Shown here: one piece after another, positions 28,806 to 41,012 of the stretch
Position numbering within the stretch: the stretch's first letter is position 1
How the letters are laid out: every line of letters starts with the position of its first letter
NCBI RefSeq assembly: GCF_006345805.1
Contig: NC_043002.1
Coordinates: forward strand, 82,212,001 to 82,276,000
Direction of reading: 5' to 3'
Source: Octopus sinensis
Lineage: Eukaryota
Length of the DNA: 64,000 bases
Made by a program: the position numbers and the translations under genes
The notes under the pieces: generated by a model
Databases searched by the model: none
Seen by the model: the letters and a program-made list of their open reading frames with translations, nothing else
What the model was told of the DNA's origin: nothing

Positions 28806-29273
28806 TGTTTTGTTTGCTTCTTTTTTTCTTTTTTTTTTTACTTCTATTTCTTTTTATTTTTATATTTTAGTTTCCTTTTTTTTTTTGTATTATTAGTCTT
28901 TATCTTTTCTTCTTTACTTCATCTTATTCTTATTATTTTGCTCTGGTTTTTGTTAATACCACTACCACAACTACTACATACACTGCCATCATCTTTGTCG
29001 TTATTATTGTTATTATTATTAAAACAGTGAGGGTGGCAGCTACCTACCTATCATCCCTATGTGACTTTTTTTGTTGTTGTTGTTTACTTTCTACATCTTC
29101 AACATCACATTAAAATTGTTGCAGTTTCTGCTATAAACATTTTTGTTTTTTCTTTTTTCTTATTCCTTGTCTCTGTTTTTCTTTCTTTCTTTCTTTCTCT
29201 TTTTTCTTTTTTGTCAGAATTTCTATCAAAAGCATGGCATTTTATTTCAGTTTCATTTATGTATTTATTCCAG

Positions 29274-29330
29274 TTCTTATGGCAGTCCACTAACCATGCT
29301 GCCAACTTCTGAGGGAATGTCGTTGAGCAT
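29274..29330 (+). CDS. Possible 57-bp phase 2-2 exon, or alternative first coding exon, upstream of the HMG exon
   Basis: Acceptor tatttattccag|, reading SYGSPLTMLPTSEGMSLS plus AT, which with the first G of the 32386 exon forms ATG in frame. Donor CAT|gtgaaa is weak. Confidence 0.25.
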
Positions 29331-29373
29331 GTGAAATATTTATAGTTTTTTTGGGGGGAGACAGATCTTTCTC

Positions 29374-29412
<39 letters not shown>

Positions 29413-30097
29413 ATCAATCTCTCTTTCTCGCTTTGATTTACTATTCCTCTAAAATATAGCTACCATGTCAATCATAGGGCTATTTTATTTCATACATTTC
29501 TCCCTAATTCTGGCGTTTAATTGTTATTGATTTCTCGGCATTTTGGCATCACACGCTGCAAGTGCACCTAACAGTGACTTCATCTCTGCAGCTCGAGAGT
29601 CATGAAAATATTTGGCTCACTAGCAAGAAGGCGCTCATCACAATATACCCCCCCCCCCCCCTCCACCCACCCCCACTCTCATCTAGTCATGCTGTAAACG
29701 TTGCAAAGTTAGTTTTTTTTTTTTTTTTTTTCTGAGACAAGTTAAATTACTCACTCTCACTCACTCTTCATGTAGCTGAGACATAAATAAAAAGAATTTC
29801 CCTCCATCCATCCACCTTTCTAAATTTATTGTGGTGATGGTGGAAGGATAACGTTATTTATCGTAGTTATTGTTATTGTTGACCCCCAGATCAACCCTGA
29901 TTGAGCAGACCAATGATCAAAGACAGGCCAGCTATGTCTAGTCAGTCCTTTTTCTTTTTTATTTTTACAGACATTATCTAATGTGTTCTTATATATTAAG
30001 ACAGTAGGAAATAGTTTGGGGGATATCTGGTTGCTATTTCTAGTGGTTTGAATGACCATGTTGCAACTCGTTATCATTGATTACAATGTGATGGAAG

Positions 30098-30790
30098 ATG
30101 ATGATGATGATGATGATTAGTTTGTGTTGTTACATGCTGGGTCTGAAGGCAATGAGTAATGCCCAATGGCCTTTGCTAGCCCTCCTAGACCAGTAAGATT
30201 AATGTCCTGATTCTTCCTCTTGAACCTGTATAAGTTGACACCTGCTGGGAAAGACATAAGCAAGAAACAAATGAAGAATTGAGCATAGTGATTAGTGCAG
30301 TGTCTGGTGGTGCTGTGGTGGGAGGACACAATAAAGATGGTGGGGAGAGGAGAGATGAGTGGGACAAGAGTGCCTAAGTGGAGGTAGGCTCCAAGGAGTA
30401 GAGACCATTAAAGTGGTGGTAGAAAAGCAGAGAGAGAGAGAGGAGACAGTATACCTGTGAGTGATTTCATAGCTATCAGCCAGATGATCCCTTTTTCTGG
30501 ATGTGGCCTTGGATGTCTGTACGTGCAGTAAGCATCACATTGTCCTAGATGTGAGAGCAATATTCCATTGTGGGCATCTCTTGAGCTTTGTAGATAGTGT
30601 ATCAGCAATTGTTGGGGGAATGAAGTAACTTCTGGCCCTGAAGAAAAGGGCCAGCTGTAGAGATGCCATCCTAGCTTTGTTAGGAATGTGTTTTTTCCAT
30701 GATCTGGCATTATCTGTTATTCTTGTTTGTGGATGTTACTTTCCTTGATATTGAAAGTTTTCTCTATTGGTTATTAATCTTATTAGGCTT
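30098..30790 (-). mobile_element. Degenerate 3' end of a CR1/Jockey-group LINE
   Basis: Minus strand across frameshifts reads SWKKHI...ALFFRARSYF / QQLL / YKAQEMPTMEYCSHI* ... HIQKK and then TNHYAQFF...FPAGVNLYRFKRK, typical of the LINE ORF2 C-terminus. (CAT)n tail at about 30098-30117. Confidence 0.8.
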
Positions 30791-31159
30791 TGATAATACC
30801 AAGATATTGGTGTCTAATTTCAGGAGGTTATGTGGCAAGATATATGGTATATGAAATGTATGATAGCTACAATTTGGAGTCGAGTGTTAATGTTAGGTGT
30901 CAGCATCTTATCAATAGCTCAACACAGATTAGCAGGCCAATGATTGAAGGCACTCCAGCTGTGACCACTTCATCATTTTTACCAGGAATATATCTCAGAT
31001 GACATCATCCAATGTATTCTTCCTTTTGTAAGAAAGTAGGGTGTAATTCGGTTACTATTTATAGCAAGCTACACCACCTACCTGGAGACATTAACATTGA
31101 CTTGAGAGTGGTAGGCAGAGTTATAAGAGAATTGGATTGGCTACCCTAGCATGTAATAG

Positions 31160-31418
31160 GAGCACTCCATCAGTTACGACTAAGCAATCCACAGACATGT
31201 ATACCCTTAACGTAGTTTTCAGGGAGATTCAGCGTGACACAGAGTGTGACAAGGCTGGCCCTTTGAAATACAGGTACAACTTATTTTTGCCAATTGAGTG
31301 AACTGGAGCAATGTGAAATAAAGTGTCTTGCTCAAGGACACAACGCGCTGACAGGAATTGAACTCATGACCTTACAATTGTGAGCCGAATGCCCTAACCA
31401 CTAAACCATGTGCCTTCA
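31160..31418 (-). mobile_element. tRNA-derived SINE family 3 (other copies near 16080-16320 +, 49600-49910 +, partial 9770-9940 -)
   Basis: Minus-strand head GTGAAGGCACATGGTTTAGTGGTTAGGG...GAGTTCAATTCC followed by GTTGTGTCCTTGAGCAAGACACTTTATTTCAC, shared among copies. Confidence 0.85.
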
Positions 31419-31474
31419 CATGTATTTCATTACTAAATGGTTATGTTTGAAATCTGTGTGGGGTTAAAAATATA

Positions 31475-31530
<56 letters not shown>

Positions 31531-32385
31531 CTTCAACAGCTGTTGACAGTCAAAAAACAAGTTGAAGTGCTGTTTACCTGAGTTGGACAGCACTGCTGTT
31601 GAGAGAACGAGAGACATAGAGATAGACAGACAGACATATATACTGTCGTCTTAGGCTGAATCTATAAGAAGGTCATAAAAGTTGATAAGTGAATGATTCA
31701 ATCATTAAACCTGTTTCTTTTAGTCGCCCTGTCTCTTCTCTGAACTAGCTAACTATATAATCTTGCCATCCTGGACCAATTTGTCTGCATTCACCATTCC
31801 TCTTCTGGTCACTTTTTCTGTATCATATCTCCTCAAAATTCGTTCCTTTGCTCATCTCTTTTTTTTCCCCTCTTTCCTGCTGATGTACAGGTGTTCATTC
31901 TGAGCATTAATTGCATCAATTTCATTTGTGGGCAAAGTCTTTTCCTCACCTCCCTTTCCTCTAATAAGTATCCAATTAATATATTTTAACCACGTTTTCT
32001 GGTTTGGAGGTTCCACTATGTGACACACCTTGGTGTCTTCTGCTGGCCAAGGGTTTATGGGTTGATTGGATGGATGGAAATTGAAAGAAGCCTACCACCT
32101 CTGTGTGTGTGTCAGTGTCTTGACATTATTGATAATTATAAAATGCACATTACCATCATGCAAGCAGTGTCCTTTGTTTCAAATTTCTGTTAAAATATTC
32201 CTGGCAATTGGGAAAATATTGCTTTGATTGGTAACAGCTGAGGATTGGTGGCAGGAAGAGCATCCAACTGCTGAAAATCTACCTCAGTGAATTCTGTTTG
32301 ACCCAGTTGTTGCTGCTGTTATTGATATTGTTGCTGTTCATTTTAGATATTAAAAATGTTTCTTTTCACTTTTTTTCTACTTCAG

Positions 32386-32572
32386 GCATAGTTTGCAAGA
32401 ACAGTCAAGTAGCCATGCGAGTGAGGCTCAAACAGCTGGTGATAAAAAGAAACCTCATATAAAGAAACCATTAAATGCATTTATGTTATTTATGAAAGAA
32501 ATGCGGCCAAAAGTAGTAGCAGAATGTACATTAAAAGAATCTGCAGCAATAAATCAAATTTTGGGGCGAAAG
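32386..32572 (+). CDS. TCF: TCF/LEF transcription factor, exon encoding the N-terminal half of the HMG box
   Basis: Acceptor ttttttctacttcag|G and donor AAG|gtaagt. Translation [62 protein letters not shown] contains the diagnostic TCF/LEF motifs [11 protein letters not shown] and [16 protein letters not shown]. 187 bp, phase 2 to phase 0. Confidence 0.97.
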
Positions 32573-33276
32573 GTAAGTACTTTTTTTGTTTCTTTCTTAA
32601 TCAAATATTTATCATTTCTGGATAGGACTTCACCTAACTTTTCAAAACTGATCAATTGCTGATAGGTCCTCTCTCGACTCAGCTCTGATAGGATTTGTCT
32701 CAAGTTAAAGAAGTTCTGATAGGATTTAAGATGAAAAAGTTCCTATAGAATTTGTTTTAAAGTTACAGATGTTTTAACAGGACTCCTCTTATTAGATCTG
32801 AAAGATGAAAAATTTATGATAGGACTTGCTTCAAAGTAGTGTAAAGTTTTTAAGATAATTCCTTTTAAAGTTAAAGAAGCAATCCTTATTTAGTAGTTAC
32901 TATTTTTTTTTCTGGCTTAAGTTCAATTAAACTAAAATGTTCATTATTAAAAGTGATGTATCATCCCAAATATTAAAATAGTTCTTTGTGGTGTGTAGGG
33001 ACAAATTGGGGCCTTGTGAGGGGAATCAACCATACTTTGATGAGAAGGCCAAGATTTGTTGAAAAAATGCCAAAGCAATAATGAAGGAAATTTGTTTTGT
33101 AGATTATTGTTGTTTGTCTCGATAGAGTGATGCTCTCTGTGAGTTTTAACCATCGCAGTCGGTTGAAAAATTTGACTTCATTCTAAATCAGTGTCTCATC
33201 TAATCAATTAGGTTTCTGGTGACTTGATGATATTTTGAAAAAAAAAAAAAAACCATATTTTCTTTCTTATCTTCAG

Positions 33277-33439
33277 TGGCATGCTTTAACTAAAGCAGAG
33301 CAGGCAAAATATTATGACATGGCTTGCAAAGAGAAAGACTTGCACATGCAGCTCTATCCTGGCTGGAGTGCCCGCGATAATTATGGCAGATATGCCAAAA
33401 AGAAAATCAAACGAGGGAAGCAGCAGTCTGAAGATACAG
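33277..33439 (+). CDS. TCF: TCF/LEF HMG-box second-half and basic-tail exon, copy A (divergent)
   Basis: Acceptor ttttctttcttatcttcag|TGG and donor ACAG|gtatga. Encodes [54 protein letters not shown]. 163 bp, phase 0 to phase 1, no stops. Confidence 0.9.
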
Positions 33440-33616
33440 GTATGAATAATGGTAATGAATGGCACTGTTTTTAATGAACTTTTTTTTTTCTCCTTTTCAG
33501 TAGAAATTGCTCTGTGTGTGACTTTTTTTTTCTTTTTCATTTTATACCTGGAGATGTGGCTTTTTTCAGCAAACTCTATTGGAAACTATATACGTTTTTG
33601 TTATTTTAGATAACTA

Positions 33617-33649
<33 letters not shown>

Positions 33650-34408
33650 CTTGGCACTGTTGAACTGGATTATTTGCTGTGTCTAGTTCAATACATTTAT
33701 CAGTTAATTGTGCCTTTTATATCTGTGATAATTTTAAAATAAGTACCAGCAATATACTCAGGTCAACTCATTAAAAATGTGGCCATTCTCTTAGTCTTGT
33801 GCCTGGTCAGAAGACAATATGACATCCCAAGTTGTCTTCCAAGCTTTTTATCTCTCTCTGTTTTTGTGATTTTATGTCACTTTGTTAGACAAGTCTTTTA
33901 ACTGTACTTGTTTACAACTTCATAGTCAATTTGGAATTTATCATCCTCCTAATTGCCGGTATTAATAAAATGCCAATGGATGATTTGCTCTTCAAGTCCT
34001 ACTAGGATCAACTTTAAATTTCAACCTGCTGGGGAACAAGTACCAGTGATGTACTGAGGTTCTTTTTTTTTTTTAATCAATTGTTCCCTCATCCCCAAAT
34101 CCTTAGATTTGTGTCAATACAATAAGAAATCATCATCATCACCATTATTATTATTATTTATTGTTGTAGATCATGTCAAAATCAACTTTGCCTTTCACCC
34201 ATCAAGGGTGATAAAATAAGATACCAGTCACGTACTGGTGGTGGGGTCACTGGTATCAACTAACCCTCACTCCTCAAAAATTGCTGGCCAGGTGCTAAAT
34301 TAGATGCAATTTTATATTTTTATTATCATCGTCATCATTGACATCATCATCATTATTATTATTATTATTATCATCATCATTATTGCGGATAAAGAAATCA
34401 TTATTACG

Positions 34409-34444
<36 letters not shown>

Positions 34445-34865
34445 ATATATTATATATATAATATATATATTTTCTTTAAATATTTTTTTTTTTACCTTTT
34501 TAATTCTGTCAGAAAAAAAGCTATTAAACAAATTTGCTCATCTCCATGCTTATATAGTCTTGCTTCACTTCTTAATTGTATTGATGGAATTTGATAGCTA
34601 AAAAGCAAAATATTTTGATGCAACTGCAGCCATCACCACCACCACCACCATCTAAGCCCCCCCCCCTCTTTCTATCTAATCTTCTCAGTCAGTTACATTA
34701 CACCTAATCTTTTTTTCCCCCCTGCCAAATATGTGTTGTTATCATTATTATTACTATTATTTTATATAAGCAATACTTGTTTATTATATACACCAAGTAA
34801 AAATATTTTTGTGTGTGTGTTTATGTTTGTTTGTGCTAGCATGTATGTGTGTGTGTGTGTGTGTG

Positions 34866-34920
<55 letters not shown>

Positions 34921-35274
34921 GTGCATGTGTATCATCATCTTCATCATATGTCCATTTTTGTACCATGCTGGTATGGGTTAGCTTGGTTTCACAGCATTTC
35001 TTTTCCATCATTTCACACATGCACACACACAAAGCAACAGCATGAACTTGTCCTACCCTGTTACTATGAACAACATGTTATTTTTTGCCTGGTTCTTATG
35101 ACTGGATGTCCTTTTAATCACCAACCGCTTTCCAATATCAACTGGGCACATGTTGTTGTACCACCAGCACTAGAAAGGTTGTCCTCAAAAAGACTTAAGA
35201 ATTTTCACTATTCTAAATTATTGCCATTCTTTTCTTCCTTCCTGGTATATCAAATCCAAATAGTGCAGTCGAGT

Positions 35275-35630
35275 GGTTAATAATATAGTTGAATGTTTAA
35301 TAATATAGTTGAATGCTTACTAATATAACTGGCTGTTCATGCAGCTGAATGTTAAATGATATTGCTGACAATGTTTAATAATGTTGCTGACTGCTTAATA
35401 ATGCAGCTGACTGCTTAATAATGAGTTGAATGTTTAATAATACAGATGGCTACTTAATAATGCAGCTCAATATTTAAATACACAGTTGTACCTCAATTGT
35501 TAATAACATAGCTAAATATTCAGTAATGCAGTTGATTGCTTAATAATTCTGCTGAATGCTTTATAATGCAGTTTAATGTTATATAATACAACTGAATGTG
35601 TAATAATTAGAGTTAATTGTATTCAATAAT
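35275..35630. repeat. Degenerate 20-bp minisatellite, about 17 units
   Basis: Consensus TTAATAATGCAGCTGAATGY repeated in tandem. Confidence 0.85.
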
Positions 35631-35989
35631 ACAACTTTACATGTTTAAATCCAAATATTAGGTAACAATATCTTATCTCCTTTCATGTCATGTTCACACT
35701 GATATGTTGTGCTGTAATTTCCATTAAGCAAAGCTTTAGTTTCACTTTCTCTCCCTCTGATACCTACTGTTTCTTTTCTCAACAAAATTATATTCACTTA
35801 TATATCTATAGGTAGATAGATAGATGCTTATGTGTTGAGGATAGTGTTGTTCTTCATCCCCAAATGCAGAGCTCAGTGTCTCATCAGACAGTGAACAGCT
35901 CTAAAAATGATATATATACTTAAAATAGGTTTTGTGAGGTAACATCATTCCCATGACAAGATCTTTTGTTCTCTGTCTGTCTATCTCTG

Positions 35990-36029
<40 letters not shown>

Positions 36030-38729
36030 CATATATATATATATATATAATCATGCATCATTTCTTTTCTATGGTGATATGGGTTGGACAGTTCTCACAG
36101 ACCTTCATTTTTTCATAACACACAGCATTAGAAAACCTGTCCATCCATGTTGCTAGTTTCTTCAGCTCTTTGTGTATGTTTATGTGTGTGCACATGTAAG
36201 TGTGTGTATTGTCTTTATACATAATTGTATATACACAGAATTTTTCTTGTCATCCCAACTTACTTGGGAATTATTGCATGCATAGATTTCAGCAACCACA
36301 AGTTTCTCTCTATACCTGTTGAATTCCATCCATTTGAGCTTCTATTTAGAAAGGTTAATTAAAATTTACATCCTTATTTCAATCAATTCCTGCTGCTCTT
36401 AGATACACATGTATACACATTCATACACAAATATTCATTGTATATTTTTGTGATTTAAAAAAGAAAATGAATGAATATAAAAAAAGGGGGAAAAACCTGT
36501 GTAAATGTGATGGTTATTGAATGTAAACAAATCAATCTTCTGAGAAAGGTAAGACGCTCAAGTGTTGTTTCTAGCTTAAAACTTCTGCTTGTTATAGTCT
36601 ATTCAGCCCTAAATCATCCCTGATTTAACAGGCCTATTTGATCAAAGGCATTCCGGCCATGACCACCAAGTCTTTTTCTTCTCCGAGCATATAGGACTGC
36701 ATTATCCAATGTGTGCGTTCTTTTTTTTTTTTCTATGATTTAGGTGAGGGTGTAATGCGAAGGGGGAAGGGCGATATCTGGCTGCCTATTTCTAGCAGAT
36801 CAAGCAACCACATAGGTGCACTCTTCTTTGGCTCAACAACTTGTGTTAGATGTGATAAGTGTTCAATGTTGACGTGGACTTTTAAGAGTGGATGGTGTAT
36901 GTTTCATTGACAGCCATGTATTTTATATATATATACACGTATATATATATAAAATGTTCAGTGTTGGGTTGTCCAATAAAGACAATTCTTGATCAATTTC
37001 ACACTAAACAAACTCTATAGTCTCTTTTCTGTAGCAGTGTTTACTCTCCAGGACCAATATGTAGACTGCAACTGCCAATATTTTTTTCAAGATTATTTTT
37101 TATATACTGATTTCAAAGAAAAAATTTTACCTTTGTTTTTTTTTTTTTTTTTTTTTTTTTTTTCCTTTTTTTGATTTTCAGTAAAGCATTTCAAATCTGC
37201 TGCTACTACTACTACTACTACCATGTGTAAATTTTTTGAACTTAAAAAAAAAAATCAAAATATATATTTTCATTTTTCAGTAATTTTTAAATCCTCAACT
37301 GCTGTTTGTTTTCCCACTTGTGTATGTACTTATACTCTGTGGCCAGTATTCATTCTTTCTGGAAGAAGAATTTAAAAACAAATTTTCCAGGTTTCAAAGA
37401 TTGTTTGTGGATTATTATTATTTCTTTTAATTTTGCTTCTTTTTTTAACTTTTTTTTTTCTAATGTCCTCTTAAGCAATTTGATTTGAACTGATTTACTT
37501 TTTCACATCATTACCACAGAATGGAATTTCTGTATATTATTCACCTCCCCACCACCACCAAAAAAAAAAAACAACAAAAAAAAACCTGCCATGAAAAATG
37601 TTTATCAAAATATTGACATCCCTTATAGAATTTTTCTGGAAGGAGAAAAAAAAAACGATTAAGTGCCTTTTTTACCTTTATTCTTGTATTTGACTGTTTT
37701 CATGTCTGCTGCTCTTGCTTTTTTTTTTCTAAATGGTTACATTTGTTATGTTATCAATCTGCCCTCTTTTGTGCCTGTAACAAGTCTTTATTCTGCAAAA
37801 TATTATCAGCTTGTCTCTGGAAGTTCATTCTTCAGAGGCATCAATCTTAGAAGCAAGTTTCTCAACCGTCCAGTTACAAGTATCCCTCTTGTGTTAATGA
37901 TACGTGGCAGGTATGACAAACAACTACTACTATTACTGTTATTTTTGTTATTTATATATATATATAATTTTTTAACAAATGATTCCTCCACATTTCAATA
38001 TTATATTAAAACATCTACAGAACTTAGGACACATCTATAGATTTTAGGAAAATATTTATAGAGCTGAGGAAAAGCTAACAGAACCAACTTGATTTGATTT
38101 GTTCTTTGTGGTCATAAATATATATTAATGGATTTGATTAGTGTTGTAATTAAATTCCATAGTGCCACTATTAAATTTTACAAATTATGTGGCATCATCT
38201 AAAGAAAATGGCCTGTTTTATAAGAGCATTTCTACAGAGAACTCTTTCGATTAAAATTTTTGCTATAACATTCAAGCTGCCCCCACTCTTGCTGAGTAGC
38301 TGATAGCACCCAATTAGCTACTCCATATAAACTCATTGTCTTTAAAATCTTTTTTTCTTTTTTTTTTTAAGTTGGAGACTCAAAATATTATCATAATTTA
38401 TTTCCAAAACGTAAAATGTGTTACTGTTTTTGTCAGTAAATTATATTATTTTATAAGTAAAGTAGAGGCGACACCAAATTTTAAAAAGTTGATAGTAGCT
38501 TTTCCTTATTAAGCTGTAAGAATTCCAATTTCATTGATAAACAGAAGCATTATGGGATCAAATGTTAGCAATTAGTGTCTGATCCAATTAATCTTACCTT
38601 TAATTATTAACCATTTATTAATATAATGGAGAAAAATGCTTTCATAATATTTTGTATTGTTAATAATGTGGTTCAGAGCTATCTTAGACTTTTATACTTC
38701 CTAGATTTTAACCATCTATTGTTAACAAC

Positions 38730-38957
38730 TTAACCCTTTAGTATTCAGATTACTCTGTCAAATGTAAAGCCTGTTTAATTACATTGTTTTTAATTAATTG
38801 TACAGCATCTTGTAACTCTGAGATTTTTATGATGTCCCTGTTTAATTTTAGAATGACTTTGTAGGGTAGGTGTGAGAGGTCAGAGCTGACTGGTTTGAGC
38901 ATAAAACAAGAAGGCAATTCTGGCCTGATATGGCTGATTTAAACACTAAAGGGTTAA
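38730..38957. mobile_element. piggyBac-type MITE, family b (other copies near 20777-21003 reversed and 60620-60828)
   Basis: Inverted termini TTAACCCTTTAGT...ACTAAAGGGTTAA with TTAA target site. Confidence 0.82.
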
Positions 38958-39524
38958 ATAAAGAAACTGAATGTTCGATTTTAGTAACCCTACAGACTTT
39001 TTGTGTGGTCTATAGTTCTTACATTATAAAGTTTTTGTTTATATATAAACTGTTTTGAAAGTTGGTTCTAACTCCTTAGTTTGCTGGGCTTTTTCCCTTT
39101 TCTGGTTCTTTTCTCTCTCTCTAGTTTGAAGTATGGCTTGCAATATTTTTATACTCTTTTAGACTAGAATGGCCATTTACTAAACTTATAGATTAGTTAT
39201 TAGCTTACGAAACATTATCTATTAGAAAATAGACTATCAGGAGCTAGATTTAGGAATGATGTATGAGTGATATATATATATATGGATATGCATGCTTTTC
39301 ACTCTCATATATTATTATTATTATTATTATTATATTATTATTATTATTATTATTATTATTAGAGAAAGAGACAGAGTGAGAGAGAGAAGCAGACTGTTAG
39401 TTGGTTGGCAGAAATATTTCTGCATGACATCAGTTGCAGCAACATTGATCAGTTTTAATATTGAGACATTTGTATGAGTGTCTGAAATAGTGTTTTATTG
39501 CTAAAAACTGTTTCAAATAGCAAT

Positions 39525-39608
<84 letters not shown>

Positions 39609-40784
39609 TCATAATTACATTAAAGCTGAGTGAGGTAAAAAAAACTTGTCTGTGAAAAATTTGGATAATGTTTTTATAATAGGGTTTTGAAACATCACTA
39701 ATATGTTGTTAGTTTAATATCTTATTTACCTATAGACCATAGAATATTGTAATAATATTATAATAATTTCATAAAATAAAATATAAATGCTATAAAACAG
39801 AGAATTAGCTTTACTGAATAGAAGTTTTTAAAAATGCTATATTTTCTGTAAGTGAATAGAGAAATAGAAACAATATTGTTACTAAAGAATTGTTCAGATT
39901 CTTGTCATTTCACTCTGTTTTCATTTCATTTAGCCCTTTCGTTACTATATTTCTAACCAAAATACACTCCTTCTGTGTTCCAAGTTAAATTCTAAAATAA
40001 ATTCTCTTACCCATACATATATTTTTGAGGGATACAAGCTTATAAATAAGAAGACAGACTAGACAATTATTGCCTATAGTTTTCCTGTGACTAATCTGTA
40101 TTGCCTAGTGTTTGGTCTGAAGGATTGGAGTGAGTAGAATAGTTTTAAAAAATATGTTTAGGAGTTAACAGATCAGTGACTGTTGGATGGAAGTACGATT
40201 TGTTACTCTTTTATACAATATTGGTTCTCAGCCTTTTGTAGCTTAGAAATCTATTTTCACAAAATGGTGTTTTACAAACACCCTTTAATTTTATGCAGTA
40301 GTTTGTTACCCTTATTTGCTTATACAGTACTAGTTTATCCAGCAATTTGTACGAAGTACTGCCCTGCCTGTTTGATTTTTTTATAGAAATTACTAAAGGT
40401 GAGGACATATATAATGAAAATATATTTGGACCTTGGCACATTGTCAGTCATGCTTCTGCTCACTAACGACATGATGTCCTGTTCATATTTTAATTCTGAT
40501 GAGATTTGGGTGGGGTGGGGGGATTCTTTTTTTGAAGATGTGTCTAAAATATTAGTATTATATGTGGTTTAAATATTTTATTTCTTAGAAAAATCATGAC
40601 CCCTTTAAACACCCAAAAGCTTATAGTGTTCCACTGATATTTGCTGCTGCCCTGTAAGCTCATAGTCCCTGCCATCATCACTACCACCACTAACAGGCAG
40701 CAATATTGCACTGCCCTGGTTTTAAGAACCACTGCTTTTAGATCAGTGATTTAAAATCTTCAGCAGGCTAAAACTTCTTTTTTC

Positions 40785-41012
40785 TTAACCCTTTCGCTAC
40801 TGTATTTATTTTGAGATGCTCTGTGTTTCTTTCAATTACTTTAAATATAACAAAGAGTTTAGTAAAATAACTTAGTTATCACTCAGCTAGTGTTAGGAAC
40901 ATAAATTGTGGCTATGGTTTGGTGGAAGATTTTAATTCAAAACTTATGAGAACAAGACATTTGTATTCAGAGCCAGAGCCGGTTTCAGCCAGGTTGGTAT
41001 CAAAAGGATTAA
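40785..41012. mobile_element. piggyBac-type MITE, family a
   Basis: TTAACCCTTT...AAAAGGATTAA, homologous to 1320-1522. Confidence 0.75.

Noticed and set aside
1-32385. Upstream TCF exons (beta-catenin-binding and Groucho-binding regions)
   Set aside because: None recognised. They probably lie before the window, implying an intron longer than 32 kb unless small exons were missed.
35275-35630. CRISPR-like periodicity
   Set aside because: Contiguous degenerate tandem units without unique spacers, in a eukaryotic intron with no cas genes.
37810-37910. Exon-like segment ending in GCAG|gtatga between exons A and B
   Set aside because: Every nearby acceptor I tried gives a stop in the phase-1 TCF frame, and there is no similarity to TCF.
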